Assembly (NCBI GenBank): GCA_951406725.2
Contig: OX597816.1
Location: 127,100,001 to 127,164,000, forward strand
Direction: 5' to 3'
Length of the DNA: 64,000 nt
Origin: Octopus vulgaris
Lineage: Eukaryota
Numbering within the stretch: the first letter of the stretch is position 1; the number at the start of each line of letters is the position of its first letter. This document shows, piece after piece, positions 40,244-53,462 of this stretch. A program made the position numbers and the translations under genes. The notes beneath the pieces were generated by a model, which did not search any database, was not told where the DNA came from, and worked only from the letters and a program-made list of their open reading frames with translations.

Positions 40244-40305
40244 AACAACAAACAAGATGAGGACAAATTTCCGTCAATTATAAATAAGATGACACTAATA
40301 TTGAT

Positions 40306-40516
40306 TTAAACTTTTGGCACAAGGCCAGCAATTTTGTGGGAGGGGGGAAATTGATTACATCAACCACAGAGTTCAGCTGGTACTTATGTTATCGATCTCC
40401 AAATGGATGAAAGGCAAAGATGACCTCTGACAGAATTTGAGCTTCGATGTAATTATGGACTAAATGATGCTAACCATTTTGCCTGGCATGTTAACAATTC
40501 TACCAGCTGGCTGCCT
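40306..40516 (-). mobile_element. SINE family B with a 21-bp target-site duplication
   Basis: TAAGATGACACTAATATTGAT at 40285-40305 and 40517-40537. Confidence 0.88.
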
Positions 40517-40559
40517 TAAGATGACACTAATATTGATATGAAATGAAGCCTTTCTTGGG

Positions 40560-41180
40560 CTTGTGACTGCTATATCACATCAAAAGCGATGCATTTTCAG
40601 CCCAGGAGCAGGAGATAGCTACAAAATACCAAATAAACAAAAGAGGTTGTGAAGCACTTGGAACCCCAATATGCAACTGAGAATTTCAGTTATGTCACAT
40701 TACTATGAGAGATCTCATATGTGATTAGCTGCTGCTCAAAATTGTCATCACCATACAACATCCCAATGTGACAGTACTGGGATAAATATAGGAAATTCTT
40801 CCATTATTGAATACATACACAAACATCAACACAAGGCATATTAGTGGAGCTTTCCCATCAAAACGTCTACCAGGTGCAAACATAATAGTTTGGCTATAGT
40901 AGTTTGAGACAGACAAGGAAAGAGAATGTATCTTCATGGATATCAGCTGCCCTGCTAATATAAATATCTTTCAAACATCAAAAGAAAAGAGAATAAGTTC
41001 AGACACTTGCTTCAAATTTTCATCTTGTATACCCAGATTATATAGTCACATTTATATGAATAATAATTGGTGCACTTGGTTTTGTTTGTAAATTTCTAAG
41101 TGACAATCTGGAAAATCAAGGGCTTTCAGAAAAAAGAAATCAAGCTAACGCACATCACAAATACAATCTGTATCTAGAAG
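40560..41180 (+). mobile_element. R4/Dong-like non-LTR fragment (RLE region)
   Basis: Degenerate RCKHN..AIVV*DRQ..MDISCPANINI..YPDY..IIIGALGFV; paralogous to 8005-8270. Confidence 0.55.
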
Positions 41181-41260
41181 GGTAAAAATATGCAGGATTT
41201 TTCTCAAACTCAATGCATGACACTGTTTTGTTATCCACATGCCAACAATGGGGTTTTGTA

Positions 41261-42223
41261 CATTAATGTCTTGACGTATGAGTTAATTTGTTCCTGGAGA
41301 CTGCTCATAAAGCAAAAACTCATAAGGCTGAGCAATAATTTCCCATAGTAGCAATGTTATAAATCGTAATTCGTTCCCAGAAAAATATTTTACTTATAAA
41401 ATTAATAATACTTGTAAATAAATAGCAATAAAATAACAGTAGAATGTAAAGAAAATATTAGGTAAAGTAAAAAGAATGTCAAGATCATCTATAATACTCT
41501 TTTACTTGTTTCAGTCATTTGACCATGGACATGCTGGAGCATCATCTTTAGTCGAGCAAGTCAACCCCAGGACTTATTCTTTGTAAGCCTAGTACTTATT
41601 CTATCGGTCTCTTTTGCCGAACTGCTAAGTTACGGGTACGTAAACACACCAGCATCGGTTGTCAAGCGATGTTGGGGGGGTCAAACACAGACACACAAAC
41701 ATATAAACACACATACACACACATATATATACATATATACGACGGGCTTCTTTCAGTTTCCATCTACCAAATTCACTCACAAGACTTTGGTCAGCCTGAG
41801 GCTATAGTAGAAAACACTTGCTCAAGTTGCCATGCAGTGGGACTCAACCCAGAACAACTTAGTTGGTAAGCAAGCTACTTTCCACACAGCCACTCCTGCA
41901 CCTATTATTATATTATTATTGTTTTGTGAATCACTTTCACACATACTAGACTTGTGCACACTATCACTTGTAGATGCAGTCTCCAATTCACAAGCACTTA
42001 TAGACAGGCTTGTAGATTTCTTTTTAGAAAACAAGTCTAGAGTTGTTTGCTCAGAAGAAGCATTTTTTTTTGTGCTCTATAAATTTCTTGAAAACAAGCA
42101 GAAATATTTGTCATGGTAGTTGAAACTTTTGCACTTCATTCAAAATTTGGATCTTGTGCTTTAAAAACAACTCATAAATCCTGGGTCTCATAAAGCAGGT
42201 CCTCATAAAGTGAGGTATTACCG
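41261..42223 (-). mobile_element. Tigger/pogo internal-deletion derivative, interrupted by a SINE
   Basis: TA-flanked degenerate TIRs (CATTAATGTCTTGACGTATGAG / CGGTAATACCTCACTTTATGAG); minus-strand DPNFE*SAKV...CFQEIYR...QTTLDLFSKK Tigger C-terminus. Confidence 0.7.
41495..41902 (-). mobile_element. SINE family A nested in the Tigger element
   Basis: Reverse complement of the family A sequence. Confidence 0.88.
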
Positions 42224-42411
42224 TATCTTTGTTAGTAACCAGCTCAATTCTTACAGGAAAACTTCAACTAACTGAAAGTAGAACACACACACACCTAATA
42301 TCTTTATAGAGATCTCTTTATACATTGTATATGTACATATGTCAAGGACTTTATATTTGGGAGTGCAAAATAAACAGTGTATATCTACCATGATGTAATT
42401 TGTTTGTAATT

Positions 42412-42573
42412 TGTGGCTGTGTGGTAAGTAGCTTGCTAACCAACCATATGGTTCCGGGTTCAGTCCCACTGCGTGGCATCTTGGGCAAGTGTCTTCTGCT
42501 ATAGCCCCGGGCCGACCAATGCCGTGTGAGTGGATTTGGTGGATGGAAACTGAAAGAAGCCTGTCGTATATAT

Positions 42574-42613
<40 letters not shown>

Positions 42614-42821
42614 TTGTGTGTCTGTGTTTGTCCCCCTAGCATTGCTTGACAACCGATGCTGGTGTGTTTACGTCCCCTTCATTTAGCGGTTCAGCAAAAG
42701 AGACCGATAGAATAAGTACTGGGCTTACAAAGAATAAGTCCCGGGGTCGATTTGCTCGACTAAAGGCGGTGCTCCAGCATGGCCGCAGTCAAATGACTGA
42801 AACAAATAAAAGAGTAAAAGA
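42412..42821 (+). mobile_element. SINE family A (young, CpG-rich copy)
   Basis: GGTTCCGGGTTCAGTCCCACTGCG...GGCCGCAGTCAAATGACTGAAACAAATAAAAGAG. Confidence 0.9.
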
Positions 42822-44944
42822 AATCTAATAATATACATTTAGAAGGATTACATCAGGTTAAAACCATATAGAAAACTTAAAATTAAAAGTTTTAGCAATG
42901 CTTGTTCCAGCTAGATAGCACGCCCTCTGGAAAACAAATCCACTTTATGCCACTGAAACAAACAAAACCTATATACATAAATATATATATATATATTGTG
43001 TATATACATAAACATGTGTGTATGTTTTGATCGTTTTTCTTGACTCTGGTATCAAATACTCATGTCACATAACATCCTTCTAACCAGTGAATACAATACC
43101 TTACTTGTACTCTATTTTCCTTGTTTTTTTATATAAAAAGTCCTATAACAAACCCCACTTCATCCTTTTCAAAGTTTACACTTGTTTCCATAAAATAGTC
43201 ATTGTTCTTTCCACTACATACAAAACCAAACCTCTTCCAGAAAATCAGTGACTTCTTGCAGCAATTTCATCATGTCATTGCTTTGTGTACTCACTTTGTG
43301 TTGATTGGAAGTATTTCAATATGAACTATGATCACATCTGTTTTGCTATATATTCTTATGTTTGGGGGAACAGATTTTATCTATCATTTTTATGGAGCAA
43401 TTCACCCTTAGAGTCTGTTCGTATGTTGTCAAAAAAATTATTCCCTCAGTCTCTTCCTCAATTCTCCTTTCTACAAAGTCCCTTCATACTTTAACTCTCT
43501 CTCTCTCTCTCTACATCTACCTTTCACAGTGTTTTTTTTTTATTATTGGAAAAACGCCAGAATAGAAATGTTTTTTGATTTTACTCTTTTGGGCTCTACT
43601 AACTTTTTAAGTATCCCTTCCCAGCAGAAAAAAAATTTTTGTTTCAGGTAGAACTGAAAACTTGTTTTATCTTGTTCTTCCTCTTCAGAATTCCCTAATT
43701 TCTTACATCTGTATTTTTCCAATATAACTGGCCCACGTCTGATTAGGGATGCATAATGCTGTGCATTGTGTGTGGCTAACTATTCTTCAGCTGATTCTTT
43801 CTCCATTCATTGTTTCCTATCCTGTACTTTATTAATGACACTGATATTAAGTCCATTGTTTGTATGACATTTTATGAATTCAATTTGAATTTTAAAATTT
43901 TAAATAAAAATATTCATTACAGGAGCCTTAATTATATTGTTTTCCAGTATTCCAAGATACTTTTACAATTCTACATTTAAGGATTTGATACTCTCACTAT
44001 TAAGAATATTCATTTCAATACTTTTTATGAATTTTCTATACTTCATTGCAACCAAAACAACATTTTTTGCAACCAGATATCTTCCAAATATCACTACTAG
44101 TTACTTGTATGATTTGAAAAGTCTTTTTTTTATCTGTCTTTGTCATAAAGTTCTAAATTGTGAATGAAACAGAGTTGATTTGCTTTTCCTCCATTCTTTC
44201 CTAGTGATTTCCCTTCTTGCTTTTATTTAGATTAATTAAGAAATGGATCAGTCCTATTGGAAATAAGATAGCTGAGTGGCTGTTTCTTTGACAACTTCCA
44301 CTTCTTGGCTGTACATTTGTGGTTTCTATAGCACCACCTGATGAATTTTCATGGTGTTTAAAGAAATGCTTTTTGGGAATGTAAAACTGTTTGTCTGCTT
44401 TGTCTATTTTGTTTTTGGTGGAGTTTGTTTTATTTTCTTATTAAAAATACATAGAAATAACAATAAATTATAATTATTCCCATTATTTTATACATAATAC
44501 TATTAGTATAAACCTCTTTGTTTTAGTGCTGCTATAAATGCAAGTAAATAAGTGGTATTTACTAATGTTGGTGAAGCGCAGGTGTGAACTGTACATAGAG
44601 AAAAATAACATATTTCAAATTACAACTGTAATAAAAGTAACATTTGTATAATTGTGGTGTAGAAAATACTTATGCATAAGTTTCTGTTTGCCCAATGGAA
44701 TTTATTTCTCAACTCTCTTACCTGGCTTGTATACTTCCCAGATTTATAATTCATATTTATAGAAATAGTCTTATATATATATGCTCTTGAATTAAGGCTA
44801 TTTTTGAGTATAGCTTGTGATGACAGAAGATAATGTCACTGATGGAAATAAAAAGAAATGTGTTACAGTAAACTTGGAAAAAATGTAACACTGAAATTAT
44901 TTCCCTTTTGGCTTAAATGTATCTTATTATTAAAGATTTGATAT

Positions 44945-45260
44945 AGGTAGTGAGCTGGAAGAATCATTAGCATACCAGGTGAAATGCTTAGTGGCATTTT
45001 ATCCGTTTTCACATTCTGAGTTCAAATTCCATGAAAATCAACTTTGCTTTTCATCCTCTGGAGATCAAAAAAATAAGTACCTGTAGATTTTGGGGTCGAG
45101 GCCATCGACTTACTCCCTCCCCAAAATTGCTGGCCTTGTGCCAAAATTTGAAATCATTATTTAAAATCAGATTAACGTGAAAAGCTGGCAGAATTGTTAC
45201 TGCACTGGGCAAAATGCTTAGTGGAATTTCGTCCATCTTTACATTCTGAGTTCAAATTCT
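44945..45260 (+). mobile_element. SINE family B plus a partial second head
   Basis: GAGCTGG.AGAAT..TTAGC...CTGAGTTCAAATTC twice. Confidence 0.8.
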
Positions 45261-48200
45261 GGAGTTCCATATGAATAAAATGATTCTATTAGTTTCTGTG
45301 GCACTCATGTATACCTAATAGAAGAGCCGTGACAGGTTAGTACATTCTTTGCATGGATAAGCAAAACAAGCTAAGAAATATTCTTTTTTAAGTTCTGTTT
45401 TATATAAACAAAATGGCTGCTGGAATACTTTTCACTCATTGACAAATAAAACCAGTGGAAATGGTATATCTAACGCATTACCTATTGCTTGAAATTTGTT
45501 ACACAAGATTTTATTGCATCACTAAAGAAATCTGTGTTCTTGAGGTGTTTACAGTATCATCTTTTTTGTGGTGGGGTATTTTTATGCTACATTGGTTTTG
45601 GTTTGTCCTGTTTGTTTTTTGTTAATTTAGTGTTTTATCTGTGAAATTGGAAGATTGTGTCGTATGTGAGTTGTGTTATTTTGTTGAGTGTTGATTATGT
45701 ATCATATATGTTGTGTGACATGTTTCAGTGTCAGACAGTGATTGTGAAGAGATTGTACTCTGTGCACACTGTTATATTATACAACATCACCTGCAGAATG
45801 TGAGTTGTAAGATGTTTATAGTATTGGGTGTTTATTTTGTAAGCATATGAATTGCATCATTTAATTGGACAGTAATTATATAGAGTATTTGGGGCTTGTG
45901 ATATAATTTTATTGGGTGATGATTCTGTTGAGTATGAGCTATGTAAATAGTGTTATTAATAATATTATTAATATTATCAAATTTTTATTATTATTTCACT
46001 GTATCTATTTCATTACATTTTTGTAATTTATCTGTGATTGGTTGCACCAATGGTAAGCTGATTCTTTGTATAACATCTACTGAACACAGTGCTTATCAAC
46101 AAGAAACCATTCACATTCCATCAATTCTCTGGAGCCCCTTGTTAAAGTACAATTGGGTAAAATGTATGTTACTGATTTACTCATTTCCTTATGCACTCTC
46201 TTACTCTTCCTGTCTGGCCACCTTATCTCTCTTTCTCTCTACTTCTCTCTTCAGTTAGCATTGAATTTTTTTACTCTATGATCGATCAAATCTGACAGTA
46301 TTAAGAACTTAGTTATTCCATGTCAATGTAGAAAATATATGCTCACATAACGTACATCATTGTTATTATACAGACACATTAGCATAGAATATACATTGTA
46401 AGTTAGAGGAGTGAATTCAAATTAATTTTAATAATGCTCGACAGGGAAATAATCAAGTTTAATAGACTGAAATAAGTTTTTAGTGCTGAATATTTCTGAT
46501 GTGCACCTGTCTCACCTGATTCATCCCACCAAAATAGCAATGATGGATCAGTCTACATTAAGATTTCAATGATTCCTTTATAAATCAGAAAAAAACAAAA
46601 TAGTTTTGATCAATCATTTGCCCTGGGATTGAAGTGAAGTGCAAATACATTCTTTAATTCTTCAAACCTTAAGATAATGATGGAAAATGATGCATTAAAT
46701 GAAGCACTTGTTAATTGAGAGTATCAAGGTTGGAAACTTGTGTGGCTGAAAAGCAAATTGTACTTGAATAAAGTAAGAATTATGAACAAATTGTTAATCT
46801 TTGTAAAAGATAACATGTTTAGACCAGTAATTTAGAAGGATATAACTATTAAATAACTAGTTATTAGCTTCTTATCTGAAGAACCTCTTCCCCACTTAAA
46901 TGTTATTGTTGTTGGGATATGCTTTGTAGCTATTCCTATCCATATATTCAGAAATATGCCAGCCAGACTAGTATTAATCAAATGTTACTTATACAAAAGT
47001 AAAGTTTATCTGAAAAATGATGTAACATGCCATCAAATATATCAATCAGTTATTTCTGTTACTTAAATATGTATTTTAGTCTTGTTCAAAATATAAATTC
47101 TTATATGTAATTAATAACTAACATGATTTCTCTCTAGATATATTCTATTATATATAATGCAAATCTGAGAAATATGATATGTACAAATTTAGTCAATAAA
47201 TTACACTATTGGTGCCATAAGCAATGAAGGCTATGTCTAGTTCTGAAACTTTGTTCTAATTAGTTACAGCAGTGGATCAGATGAGATCAATGTAGTTAGT
47301 TATTTTGAATTTGTTTTTAAGAAAGGACAGAAGGAATAAAGTGTGACTGGAAGAAAGTTAAATAACAGTTTAAAGATTCACTTTATTCATAAGTAGTTGT
47401 TATGAGAGAGGTGACCAACTCTGACATGAGGAAGATATGAGAAATAAAAGTAGGAAGGTATATATAGCAATTAGAGTGGGACTAAAATGGCTTATGTGAA
47501 CTTCATAAAAAATTGATGATGTGAACTTGATCAAAAATGGATGTTAGTAATTTATTGATAGTAGCTGTGGAATAGCTGGTTACATAAATTACTGTAAGAT
47601 TAAATGTAAAGTGTTTTTAGAAAAATATATCAAAACAAATAATTTTACTAGAATATTTATTGTAATAGTTAAAAAGATGTAAACATGCAGAAGATAACGA
47701 TGATTGCTTTTTGGGAGAGTTTATGTTTTTATGTTATGGTATAATTTGTCTTATCCTCAATGAAATATATGAATCAATGCCTATTGTTTTAGATAAAAAG
47801 AATGAGGATTTCATTTTGTTAAGCACTATATTTGAAATCATGAATCATAATCTTTAACAAGGTTCTTGAGAAACTTTAATGGAAAGTGCCTTACCATTTA
47901 TTTTTATTGTTATTTCAAAATATTTGTATTATGGATCATTTTACATTCTAAAATATAAATTTCTCTTAAATAGATTATGTTAATCTTTAAGGCAACTATT
48001 TATTATTTATACTTTAATATTATCATGAAAAAAAAACTTTTTTGAGAGAAATGTTAATGAATCCACATTGAATATTTCCAATACAAAGGAATCTATTTAT
48101 TAGCATTTAGGCTTTGAAGTTCAAAACCTTTGATGTCTTAACAAATGCATACTTTGGTAACAAACCTGAAAGCTCTAAGGCAAGAAAAATCCTAACATAA

Positions 48201-49423
48201 AATATACATCAGCACGTACTAAAGTTATTAATTATTAAAATGTATGCAAATTAAAGCATACAGTCAGTAATATGCAAACAGTTGGATAAGATTGAATGGT
48301 TATACAGTTTCTTGTCATTTTCATGTTTTGCATTTGTTAAATTTTGTTAAATTCTCTTCATTACTAAAACCTATAATCTAAAAGATTTAAGCTAACATGA
48401 TGTGATAATCCATTCTTAATTTTCTTCTTCGATAAATAAGTAGATATGTAAGTACAAATTGACAGCTAAAAATATGCATGCATATTTTAATACATCCTCA
48501 CTTCTAAAGAATAACATTAATGTACACTGGCAAACATTATTATTATCAGAATAATCAATGACTTTGTACAAGTCATTATTTCTAGATCTCCTAATTTTTC
48601 TTAATTTTTAAAAATAAATAAATATACGCCCATTCAGAAGAGTTTTCATAAACACACAAATATATAATAATACAGTATAGTATTACACCATGTAGATTGA
48701 ATGGATGGCAAATTGCTAAGAAAAACCACCAACAATTCAATTATAACTAATTTAAAACCATTGGCAATTTGCTAATGGCAAAACCTGCAAACAATGTAGG
48801 TACATCAATTATATTCAGGTAAATCGATAGGTTTTGATACAAATGCTAGTTTATTGTTTAATAATTGCTTTTTGATTAAATTTCGTAAAGAAAGAGTACT
48901 AACGATGTCTATCTAACACAATGGAACCCATTGATGGAAATTTCCATTAATTGGCTCATAATGTTATTTCTGCTAATATATAAGGGGAGTTCAAGTGCAA
49001 TGAGTAAATGCATATCATTCTATGTTCTGCTGAAAGAAAAGACAAAATTTGTTTTATTTTTTTAAATGTGTTGCTTACTATACTAACTCAATACAAAACA
49101 AATCGCTATTTATGTAATAGAATCATCATCTATTTATGCATTTAATATAATTTTCATCTGCAGTTTGTATATATTTTCATGCTATTCCTTACTAAAACAA
49201 ATATTAAAGCTTTTATAATTCAGGTACTTCTTTTTAATTATATGTTTGCTGATATTTTGCTTTACAAAAACATAGATATTTGATTTAATGCATAAATATT
49301 CAGTTACTAATTGATGAATCACCAGTTTACAAAATATCAAGATAGATAACTGAAATTATTTTAACTGCATCTCTTTCTACTTAGCAATCATATGATGATC
49401 CACTAAATACAATATTTCTCTTT

Positions 49424-50037
49424 TAAATACATTCTGTAGAAATATTTATATATTTTGAGCTAATTGTATTTTCTGAATAAACAATAAGAGTTCAAACTGT
49501 TTGATAGAGGTTATAGTTTATTGATTATGAGCTGATTGTTTTTAAACACACACCACTTTTCTAGTGTCTCTACTGAATAGATCCTATGATATAATCCAAT
49601 GGCTCACTTCAGCAAGCTAAAGATAGGTACCTTATAGAAACTGTTTCCCTGTTGGAAGCATGATAAAACTGATATATATTATCTTGTGGAGTAACTTCTT
49701 TCCCCTTTTTGTGTCATAAAATTGCACAAGTCAAGTGCTTAGCACAAATTTTATTGCCCAAAATGAGAGAAATGTCACTCCTTAAGTTAACACATGTCAA
49801 TTCTACAGTCCTCCCAATACTTAAAATTGAAAACCTGTGGTACTTATAGTTTGCTAGAGTAAGCTACTGGGGTTTCAGTATATTTGTAATTGAGATTATA
49901 CAATGGTGGTGGTGTTTAAAAACAATCAGCTTTGCAATCAATAAATCAGCCCCTATCAAACATTTTCAACTCTTATCATTTATACAGAAAATACTATTAG
50001 CTCAAAATATATCAATTTTTCTACTGAATGCATCTTA
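49424..50037. mobile_element. MITE-like element with ~140-bp inverted arms
   Basis: ATATATTTTGAGCTAAT / ATTAGCTCAAAATATAT and GCTGATTGTTTTTAAACAC / GTGTTTAAAAACAATCAGC. Confidence 0.8.
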
Positions 50038-53000
50038 TATCTCTTAACTCTTACCTTCAACCTACAGATAACAAAAAAATAAATAAATAAATAAAATTAA
50101 AAAATATCAACAAAAAATTCATTTCTCCTTCACTATAAAGTGTTTCTAAGCAATCTATTTTACTTATATAGAGAAATGACTTGAAAGAAATCTTTCTAAA
50201 TACTTAACAGCAATTAAGATGGATAACGACTGCTGACAGATGTTTATATATTGATAGCAGAAACCTCCTAAATTAACTGGAAAAGAAATTAGTAAAACTA
50301 TTTCAAAAGATGCTTTATCTCATCACAGCCTTCATATCTGTTTTTTCATTCTAAAACACTCATGATTTTACTTCTATAAGATGTTTATAATACATTCTCA
50401 CATCACTTCGTATTTCTTTCTCCTTTTCAGTTTTAGCTACATCTTTACAAGTTTAGATATACATTTTCATCATCATCATCTTCTTCATCATCATCATCAT
50501 CATATACTCACTATTTTTCATACTTGCATGGGCTGAAAAATTTTCTTGATGCAATATTCCACAGCCAGGTGCCCTTCCTCATGCCAACCTCTACATTTTT
50601 TTCCACTGAGGTACTTTATTCTATGCCTCATCCATATTTTCCAGGGATATATGCATGTAAAAAATGTAAACTCACTTTGCATGCACATAGATTCACACAA
50701 ATACTCACATATGCAAGAGGCTTCTTTCATTGTTTAGTCTGAAACTACAGAAGATGCTAGCCTAAGACCCAACTCAGTGGGATCAAGATTGCATTTAATT
50801 CTTAAATATTGCTGAGTGGTTATGCTGCCTTAATGTCTGTCACTGATCAGTTTCATGGTCAAATATGGCAGCTCAACAACAATCAAGTGAAAAATAAATT
50901 CATGACCTCGAATCCATATTAATATTTTCATAATTCTCAGAAGCTTAAAACGGAGATCAAATCAATCAGATTCATTGTTGGTCAATAAATTATCAGAATT
51001 TGTTCACATCTTCTTTTTAAGCTTTTTGTCATTAGTACACTGATTGAGTAGCATTCATTCCAGCCATGAAAAAATGATTTTGACTTGTTTGTATATGGAC
51101 AAGTTCTTTCACTCCTGTGTATATGGACAAGTTTACTAAGAGTTGATTATTTTCATGTTTGTTTTCTAATAACAACCATTTTTAAAAATCAAGATTCCCA
51201 AACAACTGCATGAAGATAGTATATTTTCCCATAATCAAAAAGAACACATCTTTCATCTCTTAACAGATGGATTTTCAGTTTTGTCTTCAGACAAATTATC
51301 ACAATTTTACTATTTATGTCCTCATTTAAGCACTAGGTTCACTAGAGTAACAAGGTGCAATCTGATCCACTTCTCTTCAAGAAGCAGTGAATTATATTCA
51401 TAACTGATACTGATTCAAAATGTATTTTCTGTAAACTTACTATAATTATTTCAGCATTATCTTTAGAAAGTATTCAAGCTCAATACACTTGTGCCTTCAT
51501 TGCTTTAAATAAATAAGCTAGATATGTTGTTTACTTGTAATGTTTTAGTTTGTTCCTTCGTGCACAATTAACTCAAATGCTTCCCTAATGAAGATGATGA
51601 TGATAATTTTGAAATTGATTTTTGAAGAGTCTGGGATATCTGTTCTTGATAAGAAAATATTGTTTTTTATCAATTCAATGAAATTTTCCACTATAATGGA
51701 TATTATGCATATAACTGAATTATACCTTGAATTTGATGGTTTTTACTTTTCTTAGTTCTTTATTTCTGTGAGTTCTGTTTGGCTATGCATTTTAGTTTCA
51801 CTTTAAACTTGTAATTTTAAAACACGTGATTATTGCAATCTGTAGAATGGATAAATATTTTCCTGCTAATGTTCATAACTAATTACTTTTGTTATTGTTG
51901 GTGACTGATTAGAATTCTTGTTAACAGAGTGTTTGATATTTTGCATTCAGTATTTATAGTATTAATGTACAAAATGTTAATGATTGAAATTTATGTTAAA
52001 ATTTTTCCAAATTTTTAATAATGTTAATTGCTTTAGAATTTAATGTGTTTATGTGACCAGACTATGCAAATTCATAAGTACACATATCTGGTATTCTTTG
52101 AAGCTAATCATTCTAATCTGAGATAAATTATCTTCATTCTTCATTAAGGAAGGGCCATAGTTAGTGTTTGATGTGTGCTTGTATGTGTCTGAGTATTCAG
52201 AGGAAAATATATGCTTTTAGTGATTTCATTCAATGGAGTATTGCCTTCAAGGGTTTAGTCAACTCTAGAACTTTGTGTGTGTGTAACATTTAGTTTGAAT
52301 TAAGTATTGTTCAGTTAACTGGAATATGAATAATATATATAACATACAAGCTCTGTCTATAATAGATTGCCTTTGATTTTCTATTACAGTTTATCAGTTG
52401 AATAATATAAACGTTGAGTATATAATAGATTATAAATTCGATTTCTCTCTAGAGTTAAGATAACATTTGTATAAAGCCTTACATTTGTAGACCATAACAG
52501 AATAATATAGATACTTCCAACTTGAAAATACAATGAAGCTAGAAACTGGTCACTCACAGCAACCTCATTTTACTGTGAATCAATAATACTTGTCAAAAAC
52601 TTTGCAATCGAAAACAGTTGAAGCAAAAGTTTTTAAAGTTTAAATGAAGTTATAAGTAAGCAACAATGAGTATTATTTTTGCATCCTTTGATCCTTGACT
52701 GTTGAAATATTATCTTCCTGGTGGTAAACAAATGGAATAAAATATATTTTGTTTCATACTAATCATATTTCTTAACTGAAACTTTTTCTGAAGATTGACC
52801 ATTAGCATTAATTTCTATAGAAACAACCTTTACAATATATTTTTGCATTAATAATTTTCCATCATGACAGTTTGTTTTTGAATTAATACAAATCTTACAT
52901 CTTCCTCCATTGTCCTAGTTAAAGCCATATGGTGTAGTTGTGTTGCTTATTGCTATTTAATGTTAAATAAATATGCTTAAAGTTTAATTATGGCATCAAG

Positions 53001-53162
53001 CCTCCAAGAAAATAAGTTTTTATCTATTAATTGATGTTCATGTCTTAATTACTTGTCTGGGATATGTCTAGGGTAACACTTGACCATAATCAAGCTCTGT
53101 CTACATTCTTGTTACGATCTATGTGTGTGCTTTTATGCACCAAGCGCCTATATGAAAATTAG

Positions 53163-53462
53163 TGTTCAAGGAAAAATATAATCTATGTCTTAACCTGCTC
53201 AGGTTGTGGTCACAATTATATGTGCCAAACGAGCCTTACTTTGAGATGCAGAGTCATGCGGCATAAAGAACAGATTCGTTTCCCTCAATACAGGCAGATA
53301 GCACTGAGCAGACATATCAACAGATGCGCAAGTAACAAAACACCAAATTTTTATATCTTCCCATTATACCAATGCAAAGATTCAATCACAGCACAAGAAC
53401 ACCTAAACAAGGAAAACCTGTTCATACATAAGTACAGACCACACCTCAATATACAAATTTGA
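53163..53462 (+). pseudogene. Penelope GIY-YIG endonuclease fragment
   Basis: KNIIYVLTCSGCGHNYMCQTSLTLRCRVMRHKEQIRFPQYR...FPLYQC...KENLFIHKYRPHLN; homologous to 30479-30790. Confidence 0.85.

Larger units (their letters stand above)
39985..40287. mobile_element. Palindromic (inverted) pair of Penelope-type pLTR segments
   Basis: 40025-40150 is the reverse complement of 40165-40287; each arm carries a hammerhead motif. Confidence 0.8.

Noticed and set aside
39958-40309. Two similar ORFs (..PDEGWRVYQPKR..) on opposite strands
   Set aside because: By-product of the palindrome; the conserved signal is an RNA structure, not a peptide.
41669-42828. Recurring ORFs (..CHAVGLNPE.., TKNKS..), also at 4386, 9406 and 58033
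   Set aside because: Chance frames through SINE family A copies.
51000-52320. Strand-biased stretch that may be an old retroelement ORF (also 45540-46250)
   Set aside because: No diagnostic motif could be read with confidence.
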